Positions 15,435-24,116 of a stretch of 32,000 nt of DNA are shown here, piece by piece. The position numbers and the translations under genes are program-made. The DNA comes from Thermofilum adornatum. Lineage in GTDB: Archaea; Thermoproteota; Thermoprotei; Thermofilales; Thermofilaceae. The first letter of the stretch is position 1. Every line of letters starts with the position of its first letter. The notes below the pieces were generated by a model. It was not told where the DNA came from and made no database searches. It saw nothing but the letters and a program-made list of their open reading frames with translations. The stretch covers positions 1,320,001 through 1,352,000 of the forward strand of contig NC_022093.1 of assembly GCF_000446015.1 (NCBI RefSeq), written 5' to 3'.

Positions 15435-16745
15435 ATGACAACCCCCCAAAAGGGCAAAACTAGAAACACAATAATAGCAATAGCCCTTGTCCTCATCCTT
15501 CTCATCGGTGCTGGGCTCTACATATTGATTCCCAAACAACCACAACAACAAGCCCAAGTAGCTGTTATCAGGTTTGCCGGCTGGAGTGCTGGAGAAACAG
15601 AAATGAAGAACTACCAAAAAATCATTCAAGACTTCCAAGCAGCCAATCCAAATATCGTCGTAAAATATGAAGTAATCACCCAGATGTTTTCAGAGAATAT
15701 CCTAGCAAGCTATGCGGCAGGCGCAGCGCCAGACATCTTCTACGTTGACTCGACGTGGGCACCTACTTTTATAAGTAAGGGAGCACTTTATCCTATAGGA
15801 GACAAACTTCCCAAAGACTTTATAGACCAATTTTATCCATTCTTACTAGAACCATTTAAAGGACCCGATGGAAAGATCTATGGTCTACCCAAAGACTGGT
15901 CTGTACTTTCTCTATTTTACAACAAGAAGCTATTTGCACAAGCAGGCGTTCCAGAACCTACAGACTCCTGGACGTGGGATGACTTATTCAACGCCGCGAA
16001 AACAATATACCAGAAAACAGGCAAGCCGGGACTAGTAATTCAGGCAGAGCTTAACAGGTGGGTTCCCTATCTTGTCTCAAATGGAGCACCTCCACCCAGC
16101 TTTAATTCTGCAACAGACGCAGCTTACTTTGACAAACCAGAAGTAAGAAACGCTTTGACAACCCTTATCCAAAAGATCCAACAGGGCAGAAAGGAAGGAT
16201 ACATAGTTTTGCCATCTGACGTGAACGCTGGCTGGAACGGTGAAGCATTTGGCAAGCAACTAGCAGCTATGACTATTGAGGGAAGCTGGACTATTCCTTA
16301 TATAGCTGACCAGTTCCCGGACTTCAAATATGGAACTGACTGGGACATATCACTTCTACCTAAGGGTTCTGCAGGAAGAGCAAGTATGGCCTATACTGTT
16401 GCATTAGGAGTAAACGCTAAAACGGAGAACCTGGATGCCGCCCTTAAATTCATTCAATATGTTGAAGGACCTGTAGGACAAAAACTCTTGGTAGTTAAAA
16501 TGGGACAAACGCTTCCCTCCATTAAGACACTAGCAAATGACCCAGACTTGTGGCCTTCTCACGCAAAAGAACTTAAAATGGTTAACCAGTATACACGTGT
16601 AGCTTTATTCTTCTATGGTCCGAAGACTGGGCAAAACGAAGGCGACATAAACCAGCTAATACTGGCGGCGGTCAAAGGAGAAATATCAATCAACGACGCT
16701 ATAAACCTCATGAAGACAAAAGTAGCAGAATCATTTAAATCCTAG
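15435..16745 (+). CDS. Sugar ABC transporter substrate-binding protein (family 1), N-terminal membrane anchor
   Basis: N-terminal TM helix IIAIALVLILLIGAGLYILI, a Gln-rich linker, then a typical SBP body (AAPDIFYVDS, YGLPKDWS). First gene of a four-gene transporter operon. Confidence 0.85.
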   Translation: MTTPQKGKTRNTIIAIALVLILLIGAGLYILIPKQPQQQAQVAVIRFAGWSAGETEMKNYQKIIQDFQAANPNIVVKYEVITQMFSENILASYAAGAAPDIFYVDSTWAPTFISKGALYPIGDKLPKDFIDQFYPFLLEPFKGPDGKIYGLPKDWSVLSLFYNKKLFAQAGVPEPTDSWTWDDLFNAAKTIYQKTGKPGLVIQAELNRWVPYLVSNGAPPPSFNSATDAAYFDKPEVRNALTTLIQKIQQGRKEGYIVLPSDVNAGWNGEAFGKQLAAMTIEGSWTIPYIADQFPDFKYGTDWDISLLPKGSAGRASMAYTVALGVNAKTENLDAALKFIQYVEGPVGQKLLVVKMGQTLPSIKTLANDPDLWPSHAKELKMVNQYTRVALFFYGPKTGQNEGDINQLILAAVKGEISINDAINLMKTKVAESFKS

Positions 16746-16779
16746 GAAGTCCAAAAACCCTTAATGGGTGCAAAAATAA

Positions 16780-17727
16780 ATGAATTTTTTTGTTAAAAAT
16801 AAGTCTTCATTGGAATACCTCGCATTTCTCTTACTAACCCTCTACCCCTTAACCTTAAACTTTGTTTTCGGCTACTTTTCCATGATCTTTGCTTTTGCTT
16901 TAAGCTTCTTTGAATGGGATATTCTGACACCTATGCGTTTCGTAGGTGTATTCAACTACTATAAGCTAGCCCAAGAGGTTTATAAAGGTATTAATCTTCT
17001 CCTTACAAATACCAACCTTTTATATCTTCAGGCCCCATTCACAAACGGCCTCAAAAATATACTACTCTACACCTTACTGGTAGTCCCTACACAGACTGTT
17101 CTAGCATTAGTCCTTGCAGTCTTAGCCAACCAAAAACTCCGGGGATCACACTTCTACAGGGTGGCATACTTTTTGCCAGCAACTACTTGCCCAGTTATTG
17201 TGTCTCTAATATTTATCTGGCTATTTATGAGGGACGGCTTTATCAATTACTTTGTATCGGCATTGACAGGTGGCTATAGGCCTGACTGGCTTAACGACCC
17301 CGCATATCTTTTGCCAGCAATAGCTATTGTAGCTATATGGGGTACAAGTGCACACTTTTCAGTGACTTTTCTCGCTGGACTACAAGCCCTCCCGAAGGAA
17401 GTTTATGAAGCTGCCAGGATTGACGGTGCAAACTGGTTTAACCGTTTCATCCATATAACTATTCCTCTATTAAAACCCCTGGTAACATACGTTGTAGTTT
17501 TGGGAACAATAGGTGCCCTTCAAATGTTTGACCTTGCATGGGTTATGGCTGGCCAAAGTGGTGGAGCCGGAGGAGCTGGCTACACTGTCGCGCTAGACAT
17601 CTACAATACAGCATTTATACAGCTACGCTATGGTTATGCTGCTGCAAAGGCTGTGATTCTCTTCTTAATTGTTTTTACCCTAAATTATTTTGTCCAAGAG
17701 AAATTGAAATACTATAGGGTGAGTTAG
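16780..17727 (+). CDS. Sugar ABC transporter permease (MalF/UgpA-like)
   Basis: Multi-TM protein with the EAA loop motif EAARIDGANWFNRFIHITIPLLKP. Confidence 0.9.
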   Translation: MNFFVKNKSSLEYLAFLLLTLYPLTLNFVFGYFSMIFAFALSFFEWDILTPMRFVGVFNYYKLAQEVYKGINLLLTNTNLLYLQAPFTNGLKNILLYTLLVVPTQTVLALVLAVLANQKLRGSHFYRVAYFLPATTCPVIVSLIFIWLFMRDGFINYFVSALTGGYRPDWLNDPAYLLPAIAIVAIWGTSAHFSVTFLAGLQALPKEVYEAARIDGANWFNRFIHITIPLLKPLVTYVVVLGTIGALQMFDLAWVMAGQSGGAGGAGYTVALDIYNTAFIQLRYGYAAAKAVILFLIVFTLNYFVQEKLKYYRVS

Positions 17728-17729
17728 GG

Positions 17730-18569
17730 ATGCTGAGGAGTGAAATTAAAAGATTGCTCCTTACAGGTCTAATTTATACGGTCATGACTTTACTAGCATT
17801 AATCTACTTGATGCCATTCATACGATCCATATTTGCCTCTTTTATGACGTGGAAGCAAGCCTCAGCATTCCCGCCTGAATGGATACCAAATCCATTCACA
17901 CTTGAAAACTACCTTAAACTGTTCAGGCTAACTCTTTTCCCCCGATGGATAATTAACACAGCGCTTGTAAGCGGTCTAATTGTTGCCGCTAATATTATTA
18001 CCTCGGCTACAGCTGGATATGCTTTCGCATGCCTGAAGTTTCCTAAAAAGAACCTACTATTTAGCGCCTTACTCACATTGTTAATGGTACCACCATTCAT
18101 CACACTCATACCTAACTATATATTAGTAGTAAAGCTTGGTCTCATTGATAATCTCCTGGGACTTGTTTTACTTGGTTCGGCAAGTGTTTCAGGAATATAT
18201 TTAATGCGGCAGTATTACTTATCTCTAGGAAAAGAACTTTTCGAGGCTGCTAGGATAGATGGTGCGGGGCCTATAAAGGCATTCATCTATGTAGCATTGC
18301 CTCTTTCAAAGCCAGCGTTAGGCGCCCTCGCAATTTACCAGTTCTTGGGTGCCTGGAATTCTTTCCTCGGACCGCTTGTCTTTCTAAGAAGCCCTGAGAA
18401 CTATACATTGCCCGTCGGACTAAATTTTGCCTTTAGCCGTAACGTGTGGACAGAATATACTCCAATTATAGCTGGAAGCCTGATAGCGAGTTTGCCAACA
18501 ATTATTCTTTATGTTGCTCTTAACAAGTATATGATCCGTGGGGTTGTTGTCTCAGCTAAGAAGGGGTGA
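17730..18569 (+). CDS. Sugar ABC transporter permease (MalG/UgpE-like)
   Basis: Multi-TM protein with the EAA loop EAARIDGAGPIKAFIYVALPLSKP. Confidence 0.9.
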   Translation: MLRSEIKRLLLTGLIYTVMTLLALIYLMPFIRSIFASFMTWKQASAFPPEWIPNPFTLENYLKLFRLTLFPRWIINTALVSGLIVAANIITSATAGYAFACLKFPKKNLLFSALLTLLMVPPFITLIPNYILVVKLGLIDNLLGLVLLGSASVSGIYLMRQYYLSLGKELFEAARIDGAGPIKAFIYVALPLSKPALGALAIYQFLGAWNSFLGPLVFLRSPENYTLPVGLNFAFSRNVWTEYTPIIAGSLIASLPTIILYVALNKYMIRGVVVSAKKG

Positions 18570-18573
18570 TAAT

Positions 18574-19650
18574 ATGAGTGTAGAACTAAGAAATATCACT
18601 AAAAAATTTGGAGATGTAGTAGCTGTGAAGAATGCCAATTTGAAGATAAATAGGGGCGAGTTTTTTGTATTCCTTGGCCCTTCTGGATCAGGCAAGTCTA
18701 CACTCCTGCGGATTATCGCTGGACTTGACGATCCTGACGAGGGAGAAGTGCTAATTGACGGCATCCGTGTGAACGAATTAGATCCAAGTCAAAGAGACAT
18801 AGCCTTTGTATTCCAAAATTATGCCCTCTATCCTCATATGACAGCATACGATAATATAGCTTTTCCACTAAGAATGCGTAAAGTACCAAAAGAACAAATT
18901 CATGCGTCAGTCCTAGAGGTCGCAAATATGCTTGGAATTACACACCTACTATCAAAATATCCCTATCAAATGTCTGGCGGAGAACAGCAGAGGGTTGCTC
19001 TAGCACGTGCCATTGTACGCCGTCCAAAGGTATTTTTACTAGATGAGCCATTGAGCAATCTTGACGCAAAGCTAAGAGTTAGGCTAAGATTTGAGCTCAG
19101 AAAGCTTCTGCATGACCAGCTTCAAACAACAACCATTTACGTTACTCATGATCAAACGGAAGCAATGACGATGGCAGACAGGATTGCAGTAATAAATAAA
19201 GGAGAAATCCTTCAAGTAGACTCTCCTAGTCGGCTCTACGAATACCCAGCAAATACTTTTGTAGCAGGCTTCATAGGGACACCTCCAATGAATTTACTTT
19301 CGGGAAAAATAAGAGAGCAAACATTGGAAATAGGAAACCTAAAGATTAGAGTCAATCTTCCCGATATAAAATCCCAAGAGGTAATAATCGGTATCAGACC
19401 ACAGGATCTAGAAATAAACAGGGATAGAGGCATAGAAGTTAAAATTGTTGGTGTAGAGAAGCTGGGCGCAGAATACATTGTTCACGGAGTATTCCCTGAT
19501 GGCGAAATAACAGTTCACATGGGAAAATACCTACCAGAGCTTTTACACTCAGAGTCAAAAGCTTTCGTCAAACCAGTAGGACCAATATATCTATTCGACA
19601 AAGCTACCGAACAACTCATAACTGTTATTAAAGAGTACACACTTATGTAG
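18574..19650 (+). CDS. Sugar ABC transporter ATP-binding protein (MalK/UgpC-like)
   Basis: Walker A GPSGSGKST, signature MSGGEQQRV, Walker B FLLDEPLSNLD, and a C-terminal MalK-type regulatory domain. I prefer ATG 18574 (MSVELRNI), preceded by GGGGTGA, over the 18538 ORF start that overlaps the permease. Confidence 0.9.
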   Translation: MSVELRNITKKFGDVVAVKNANLKINRGEFFVFLGPSGSGKSTLLRIIAGLDDPDEGEVLIDGIRVNELDPSQRDIAFVFQNYALYPHMTAYDNIAFPLRMRKVPKEQIHASVLEVANMLGITHLLSKYPYQMSGGEQQRVALARAIVRRPKVFLLDEPLSNLDAKLRVRLRFELRKLLHDQLQTTTIYVTHDQTEAMTMADRIAVINKGEILQVDSPSRLYEYPANTFVAGFIGTPPMNLLSGKIREQTLEIGNLKIRVNLPDIKSQEVIIGIRPQDLEINRDRGIEVKIVGVEKLGAEYIVHGVFPDGEITVHMGKYLPELLHSESKAFVKPVGPIYLFDKATEQLITVIKEYTLM

Positions 19651-20656
19651 TTTCAATTGTTATTTCAAATCCTTCAATATCCTCTAGATACGCATCTATT
19701 CCTCCAACGGTAACCTTTTTTCCATCCTCAGTAACGATAATAAGTGTTCCAATGCCTTTAAAACTATTCTCATAAACCTGCTGTGGAACTCCTCTTATAT
19801 ATGCACTTTCTCCACTCTTTATCCACCTACCCTTAACTGTAACAATTGCTTTTCTATTCATCTCTTCAAGCAATTTAAGATGATCAAGGGCTCGAGTCAA
19901 ATGATGATACGTTCTCTTTCTCACTTTATCAAATTTGCTGGAAACAATTTTTGCCCCAGCTCTTAAATAACTTAAATAGTAAACAGCAAAAATCTTCATT
20001 AAATTCATATCAGTTACCCTATATGCGACAGGATCCTGAGTTCCCCAATTAACAACGGCCGTAACCATCGAGAAATCTGTTATCACAAATTGTGGAGCAC
20101 GTGTGGGTCTAACTCTTACTTCGTCAAACAACTCAACGAGCCCATTGTAGTTCTCGTCGTATAGGACGAGGCAAGAAGCTATATTCTCTAACTTTGCCTC
20201 AGAAACGTATCTTTTTACAAACTCCGAAAAACCAGAAACCAGAATCTCGTTTCTTGCACTCTTCAAACTTGATATAACTAAGTTTTCTACGGCATCTGGT
20301 CCAGTAGCCGTCCAAACACCAGGTTCCTCAGAAGTGCGTCCTATCATGGAACTTTGTTCGACAATTTCCTGAATAGAAAGAAGTTCTTCTTGGTATCTCT
20401 TTTCAACTAATTTTCTGAGAGCTATTCCTGGATCAACAATTGTAAATCTTCTAGGTCTACCCTCGCTAGTAACTATCAGTCCCTTAGCTTCCAGTGATTT
20501 GGTAACATCATAAATTCTAGGCTGTGGGATTTCACCTTTCTTTGCTAATTCTGTTGCAGTGAGGGAGCCATGAATAAGCAAAGCTATATAGGCGCGTGCC
20601 TCGTAGTTTGTTAAACCAATTTTTTCAGCTAGTCTTACAAGTTCCTCTATAGCCAC
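19643..20656 (-). CDS. TrmB-family sugar-responsive transcriptional regulator
   Basis: N-terminal wHTH LGLTNYEARAYIALLIHGSLTATELAKKGEIPQPRIYDVTKSLEAKGLIV plus a long C-terminal effector domain (337 aa). Located between the ABC operon and the GH65 operon. Confidence 0.88.
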   Translation of the reverse strand: MAIEELVRLAEKIGLTNYEARAYIALLIHGSLTATELAKKGEIPQPRIYDVTKSLEAKGLIVTSEGRPRRFTIVDPGIALRKLVEKRYQEELLSIQEIVEQSSMIGRTSEEPGVWTATGPDAVENLVISSLKSARNEILVSGFSEFVKRYVSEAKLENIASCLVLYDENYNGLVELFDEVRVRPTRAPQFVITDFSMVTAVVNWGTQDPVAYRVTDMNLMKIFAVYYLSYLRAGAKIVSSKFDKVRKRTYHHLTRALDHLKLLEEMNRKAIVTVKGRWIKSGESAYIRGVPQQVYENSFKGIGTLIIVTEDGKKVTVGGIDAYLEDIEGFEITIETT

Positions 20657-20714
20657 CTTTATCTCAGAAAAACAAAGCTTTCTCTATTTAAATAATTAAT
20701 CATTGTTTCTAAAA

Positions 20715-21002
20715 TTATTCTTCGAGCTCTTTGACTTCTTTCTTTCCCTTCTCTAGTTCTTTTACTTGTTCAGGATCTAGTTTCTCGAGGAGAGTCAAGA
20801 ATTCTCCAACATGTGTTTTTTCCTCCCGAGCTATGTCCTCAAAAACCTTTTTAGCGAGGGGGTCATCCGTCGCGCTTGAAAGCTGGAGATAGAGGTTTAT
20901 AGCATCTAGCTCAGCAATAATCGATAGCCTTACTGCTTGAACCAGCTCTTCGCGAGATAGCTTCTTTCCAGAAGGAATCTCGATAGGGTTTTTTGCCAAC
21001 AT
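20715..21002 (-). CDS. Encapsulated-ferritin-like (EncFtn/Flp) mini-ferritin, stand-alone
   Basis: 95 aa. IIAELDAINLYLQ and IAREEKTHVGEFLTLLEKLDPEQV supply the Glu / Glu-x-x-His half-site (E31, E61, H64, Y38 by my count). This is the spacing known for EncFtn. It closely resembles the N-terminal ferritin-like domain of Thermococcales encapsulins, as I remember it. Confidence 0.7.
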   Translation of the reverse strand: MLAKNPIEIPSGKKLSREELVQAVRLSIIAELDAINLYLQLSSATDDPLAKKVFEDIAREEKTHVGEFLTLLEKLDPEQVKELEKGKKEVKELEE

Positions 21003-21053
21003 AGCAAATTAATTTTTAATTAACGTAATATAAAAGTGTTTGGATGCTTAGAA

Positions 21054-23156
21054 CTATAATTCAACCCTAACGTTTTGTCCCTTTATGGTTACGTTGAAGG
21101 CCATTTTTACATTTGAGATTTTTTTAGGATCCAAGGTTGGCCTTTCGTTTTTAATGTGTATTCCCGCTAGACCAAAAAGTATGGCTGTCCAGACTCCTGC
21201 AGCAGATCCTACATGGAAACCATCTTCCACATTTCCGTAAAGATTTCCTAGATCCGCAGATGCAGCTAATTTTAATAGCTTAAATGACTCTTCTGTTCTC
21301 CCGAGATATGCAAGGACAGCAGCATACATTGGAAGTGAAAGGGAAGATGCGTGGGTTGTTCGGGGAAAATAATAATCAAAATTCTGTGCAATAATTTCCT
21401 TATTGAATTTCTCTTTGAGAAGGAACATGCCAGCCAGAACATCGGCCTGTTTTATGAGTCTAGTTTTTGGAATGTTTTCTCTTATTTTCTCTGGAAGACA
21501 TTTCTCTCCAATACAACCTTCGGGGACCTTAAAATCGGGTAGCTGAAGATAACCCTCGAACTCTTCACATATGCCATTTGTCAGACATGGCAGGTAGATT
21601 TTTTGAGAAATTCTACGCCAATTTTGAACTTCTTCTTCGCTAGTAAGACCCTCAGCAATTTTTCTCCAGTTATTTTTCTGCCTCGACAATTCAAAATATT
21701 TTACTCCAAGTTCTAGGTTGTGCTTAGCCAGCAAATTAGTATAGAAATTATTGTTGACATGCACATGGTATTCATCTGGACCAATGACATCCTCTATTAC
21801 ATAGGCATTTTTTTCTTGGTCATATTTGACTCGAGAGCTCCAAAACCTAGCAGTTTCAAAAATAATCTTAAGTCCACATTCCTCCATGAATTGCTCGTCC
21901 CCTGTAAACGTATAATACAAATCTACAGCATAAGCCACATCCGCTGTTATGTGTTGTTCTAATTCGCCAGTCTCTATCAGCACAGTCTTTGAACCAGTAA
22001 GATCTAAGGGAACAATGCGGGGTGTAGCCTCATAGCCGTCATCTGCACTCTCCCATGGAAATCTCGCACCTTTAAAATTGCTCTTAGTAGCATACTCTTT
22101 TGCTGCCTGAAGACACTTACATCTGTATTTTAGCATGGCTTTTGCAGCCGAGGGCTTAAAGAAGAGGTAAAAAGGAAGGGAATAAATGTCTGCGTCCCAA
22201 AATACATGCCCCCTATAACCATATCCATGCAGGCCTCTGGCAGGCAAAAGAAAAACATCTGATTCATCGTCATACATCTGTAAAAGATGAAATGTGTTAA
22301 AATAGAGGTAACGTGCAAAGTCTATGTCTCCCTCGATGACTAAGCCTATTTGTTTCCATTCTTTTTGCCAAGCAGTGGTATGGGTTTCTAGTAGTTCTTG
22401 GTACGTTTTTTTCTTCGCGATCTCAGAATATTTATTCAGGGTACTTTTTTCTTTTGCTACAATTACCTTTTTGGCAACTTTAATCGCCTGGTTAGGATCC
22501 ACATCTATGCATCCCAGGAAACCTATTTCATTCTCGTCGCTATATGGCCGTAGCTGTAAATCATTAGATTCAGCAAACATTTTGAAGTAAACATCATATA
22601 TTTCGTCCTCTGTACGCACATGAAGGTATGAATCATTAAAACTGTCGCTCTCTACAATTTTAAACAGCTTAACATGCACTTGGGGGGGAACCGACTTATT
22701 GCTTACCGAGAGCTCGATAGGGAGTCTTATGCATACCCTTCCAGCAAAGTTAATTGGTCTAAAACGGAACTCTTCAGCAAAGATTCCCTTGAAAGTTTTA
22801 TGCACAATTCTTGAACTTTCATATTTTAGTTTTCCAATGCTAGACTCTAGAATTGATTCGTAATAGACGATACCGTTCAATGTATCTAGTTTTATAATCG
22901 TCTCACCACTTATAGGTCTGAAGGGCTCACCATCAATGGTTAAATATATGGGAGTTATTCTTGGAAGGTTCACTAGCTCCCTATAAAAGATAGGTGTATA
23001 GCAATAAACCCCTGAAACAAAGGTTCCAAATTCTGACTTTGATACTTCTGGGTCTCCACGTACACTGATAAAACCATTTGAAAGGGTGGCAAGTGTAGCT
23101 ATTTCTTTTAAGCTTCTTTCTTTACTAGAAAACTCGTATGTTATCATATCTTGCAC
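21054..23156 (-). CDS. GH65-family alpha-glucoside phosphorylase (maltose/trehalose/kojibiose phosphorylase type)
   Basis: HGYGYRGHVFWDADIY and ETGELEQHITADVAYA (catalytic Glu region) motifs. 700 aa. Overlaps a beta-phosphoglucomutase gene upstream, the classical GH65 partner. Confidence 0.88.
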   Translation of the reverse strand: MQDMITYEFSSKERSLKEIATLATLSNGFISVRGDPEVSKSEFGTFVSGVYCYTPIFYRELVNLPRITPIYLTIDGEPFRPISGETIIKLDTLNGIVYYESILESSIGKLKYESSRIVHKTFKGIFAEEFRFRPINFAGRVCIRLPIELSVSNKSVPPQVHVKLFKIVESDSFNDSYLHVRTEDEIYDVYFKMFAESNDLQLRPYSDENEIGFLGCIDVDPNQAIKVAKKVIVAKEKSTLNKYSEIAKKKTYQELLETHTTAWQKEWKQIGLVIEGDIDFARYLYFNTFHLLQMYDDESDVFLLPARGLHGYGYRGHVFWDADIYSLPFYLFFKPSAAKAMLKYRCKCLQAAKEYATKSNFKGARFPWESADDGYEATPRIVPLDLTGSKTVLIETGELEQHITADVAYAVDLYYTFTGDEQFMEECGLKIIFETARFWSSRVKYDQEKNAYVIEDVIGPDEYHVHVNNNFYTNLLAKHNLELGVKYFELSRQKNNWRKIAEGLTSEEEVQNWRRISQKIYLPCLTNGICEEFEGYLQLPDFKVPEGCIGEKCLPEKIRENIPKTRLIKQADVLAGMFLLKEKFNKEIIAQNFDYYFPRTTHASSLSLPMYAAVLAYLGRTEESFKLLKLAASADLGNLYGNVEDGFHVGSAAGVWTAILFGLAGIHIKNERPTLDPKKISNVKMAFNVTIKGQNVRVEL

Positions 23157-23821
23157 CCCACCTTATTAAGAAACTCTTGAAGAGGTATATTGGAGAAATC
23201 CTCAATAACGGCATCAGCTCCATAGTTTAAAAGTTCCCGGTGAAAACAACCTATAGCCTTTTGATTGAGTGATTTAGCTGCTAAAATTCCTGAGGGAGCA
23301 TCATCAAAGAACAAAATACACTCCATATCTTCATGAAATATTTCTTTCAGTTTTTCAATTGCATTTTTAAATACTTCTTTCTTTGTCGCTCCAGAACCAC
23401 TCACATCGATATCGAAGAGCACCGCCAACTCAAGACCACTTTTTTTGCGCTCTACCTCTATAAGCCGATGGACATTTCTCGATGCCGAAGCTAGAACCTG
23501 TATTATTCCTTCTTGCCTTGCTCGCTGTATAAACCTTATAACGTCTGTTCTTAATTGATACTCGCCTCTCTCTATTAGTTCCAAGTATATGTTAGTTTTA
23601 AGTGAAGCAAGGGTCTCCACTTCAGTTTGACTTGGTGATCTATTTGCTAGTTTGCTCAAAATATTCCATGCACCCTCGAGACGAGGCTTGCCAGATACAT
23701 ATTCATGGTAGAAGTTGCTGGTAAAACCAGTTATGCCTAGTCTTTCACATGCTATTCTCCATGCTTTTTCATGTGGTGTTTCGACGATGACTCCGTCGAA
23801 GTCCCATACAAACCCCAGCAT
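23144..23821 (-). CDS. pgmB: Beta-phosphoglucomutase (HAD superfamily)
   Basis: DxDG nucleophile motif WDFDGVIVET, plus VLASASRN and FDDAPSGILAAK. 13-nt overlap with the GH65 gene. Confidence 0.8.
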   Translation of the reverse strand: MLGFVWDFDGVIVETPHEKAWRIACERLGITGFTSNFYHEYVSGKPRLEGAWNILSKLANRSPSQTEVETLASLKTNIYLELIERGEYQLRTDVIRFIQRARQEGIIQVLASASRNVHRLIEVERKKSGLELAVLFDIDVSGSGATKKEVFKNAIEKLKEIFHEDMECILFFDDAPSGILAAKSLNQKAIGCFHRELLNYGADAVIEDFSNIPLQEFLNKVGCKI

Positions 23822-23825
23822 ACAC

Positions 23826-23850
23826 TAAATACTACTTGAAATAGTAAATA
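23826..23850. promoter_or_regulatory. Operator-like palindrome TAAATACTAC-N5-ATAGTAAATA abutting the pgmB-GH65 operon start (candidate TrmB site B)
   Basis: taaatactacttgaaatagtaaata matches 15399-15423 at 22/25 positions. It lies 5-29 nt upstream of the pgmB ATG (23821, minus strand), between a TATA-like box (about 23843-23856) and the start codon. Confidence 0.5.
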
Positions 23851-23989
23851 AATCTTTCCAACAAACATAAAAAGATGTTAATTTGTTCGAGATGAAGCTT
23901 CCAGCAAAAACGCAGATGCCCCTTAATCAGTTCTTCTTCATTGTATTCTCCTCGAAAATAAATATAAAGACCATCCACATAATGATAGC

Positions 23990-24042
23990 GAATGATGAAT
24001 TTGCCGAGTATTGAGATATGATAGACCATTCATGAACTGACA
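23990..24042 (+). ncRNA. Candidate box C/D sRNA (2'-O-methylation guide)
   Basis: C box ATGATGA 23992-23998. 12-nt guide atttgccgagta. D' TTGA 24011-24014. 4-nt linker. C'-like TGATAG 24019-24024. 12-nt guide accattcatgaa. D box CTGA 24037-24040. TATA-like aaaataaatataaag at 23956-23969 is centred about 27 nt upstream. Intergenic location. Confidence 0.55.
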
Positions 24043-24116
24043 TGTTTCTTCACAAGAGACGATAATACTTGGCTAGGCGATACTTTGATATATCCATGTT
24101 TAGACTAACCAAATGT

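Noticed and set aside
18538-18573. Longer start of the ABC ATPase ORF, overlapping the permease by 32 nt
   Set aside because: The N-terminal extension (MGLLSQLRRGDN) is the out-of-frame read of the permease 3' end. ATG 18574 gives the canonical MalK-type N-terminus and has an upstream GGGGTGA.
23832-24029. 65-aa minus-strand ORF in the pgmB / nitroreductase spacer
   Set aside because: It has A/T-driven composition (Ile/Tyr/Phe/Lys-rich), no convincing TATA box or SD, and no motif. The same DNA is better explained by the operator-like palindrome and the C/D sRNA candidate. It cannot be formally excluded.
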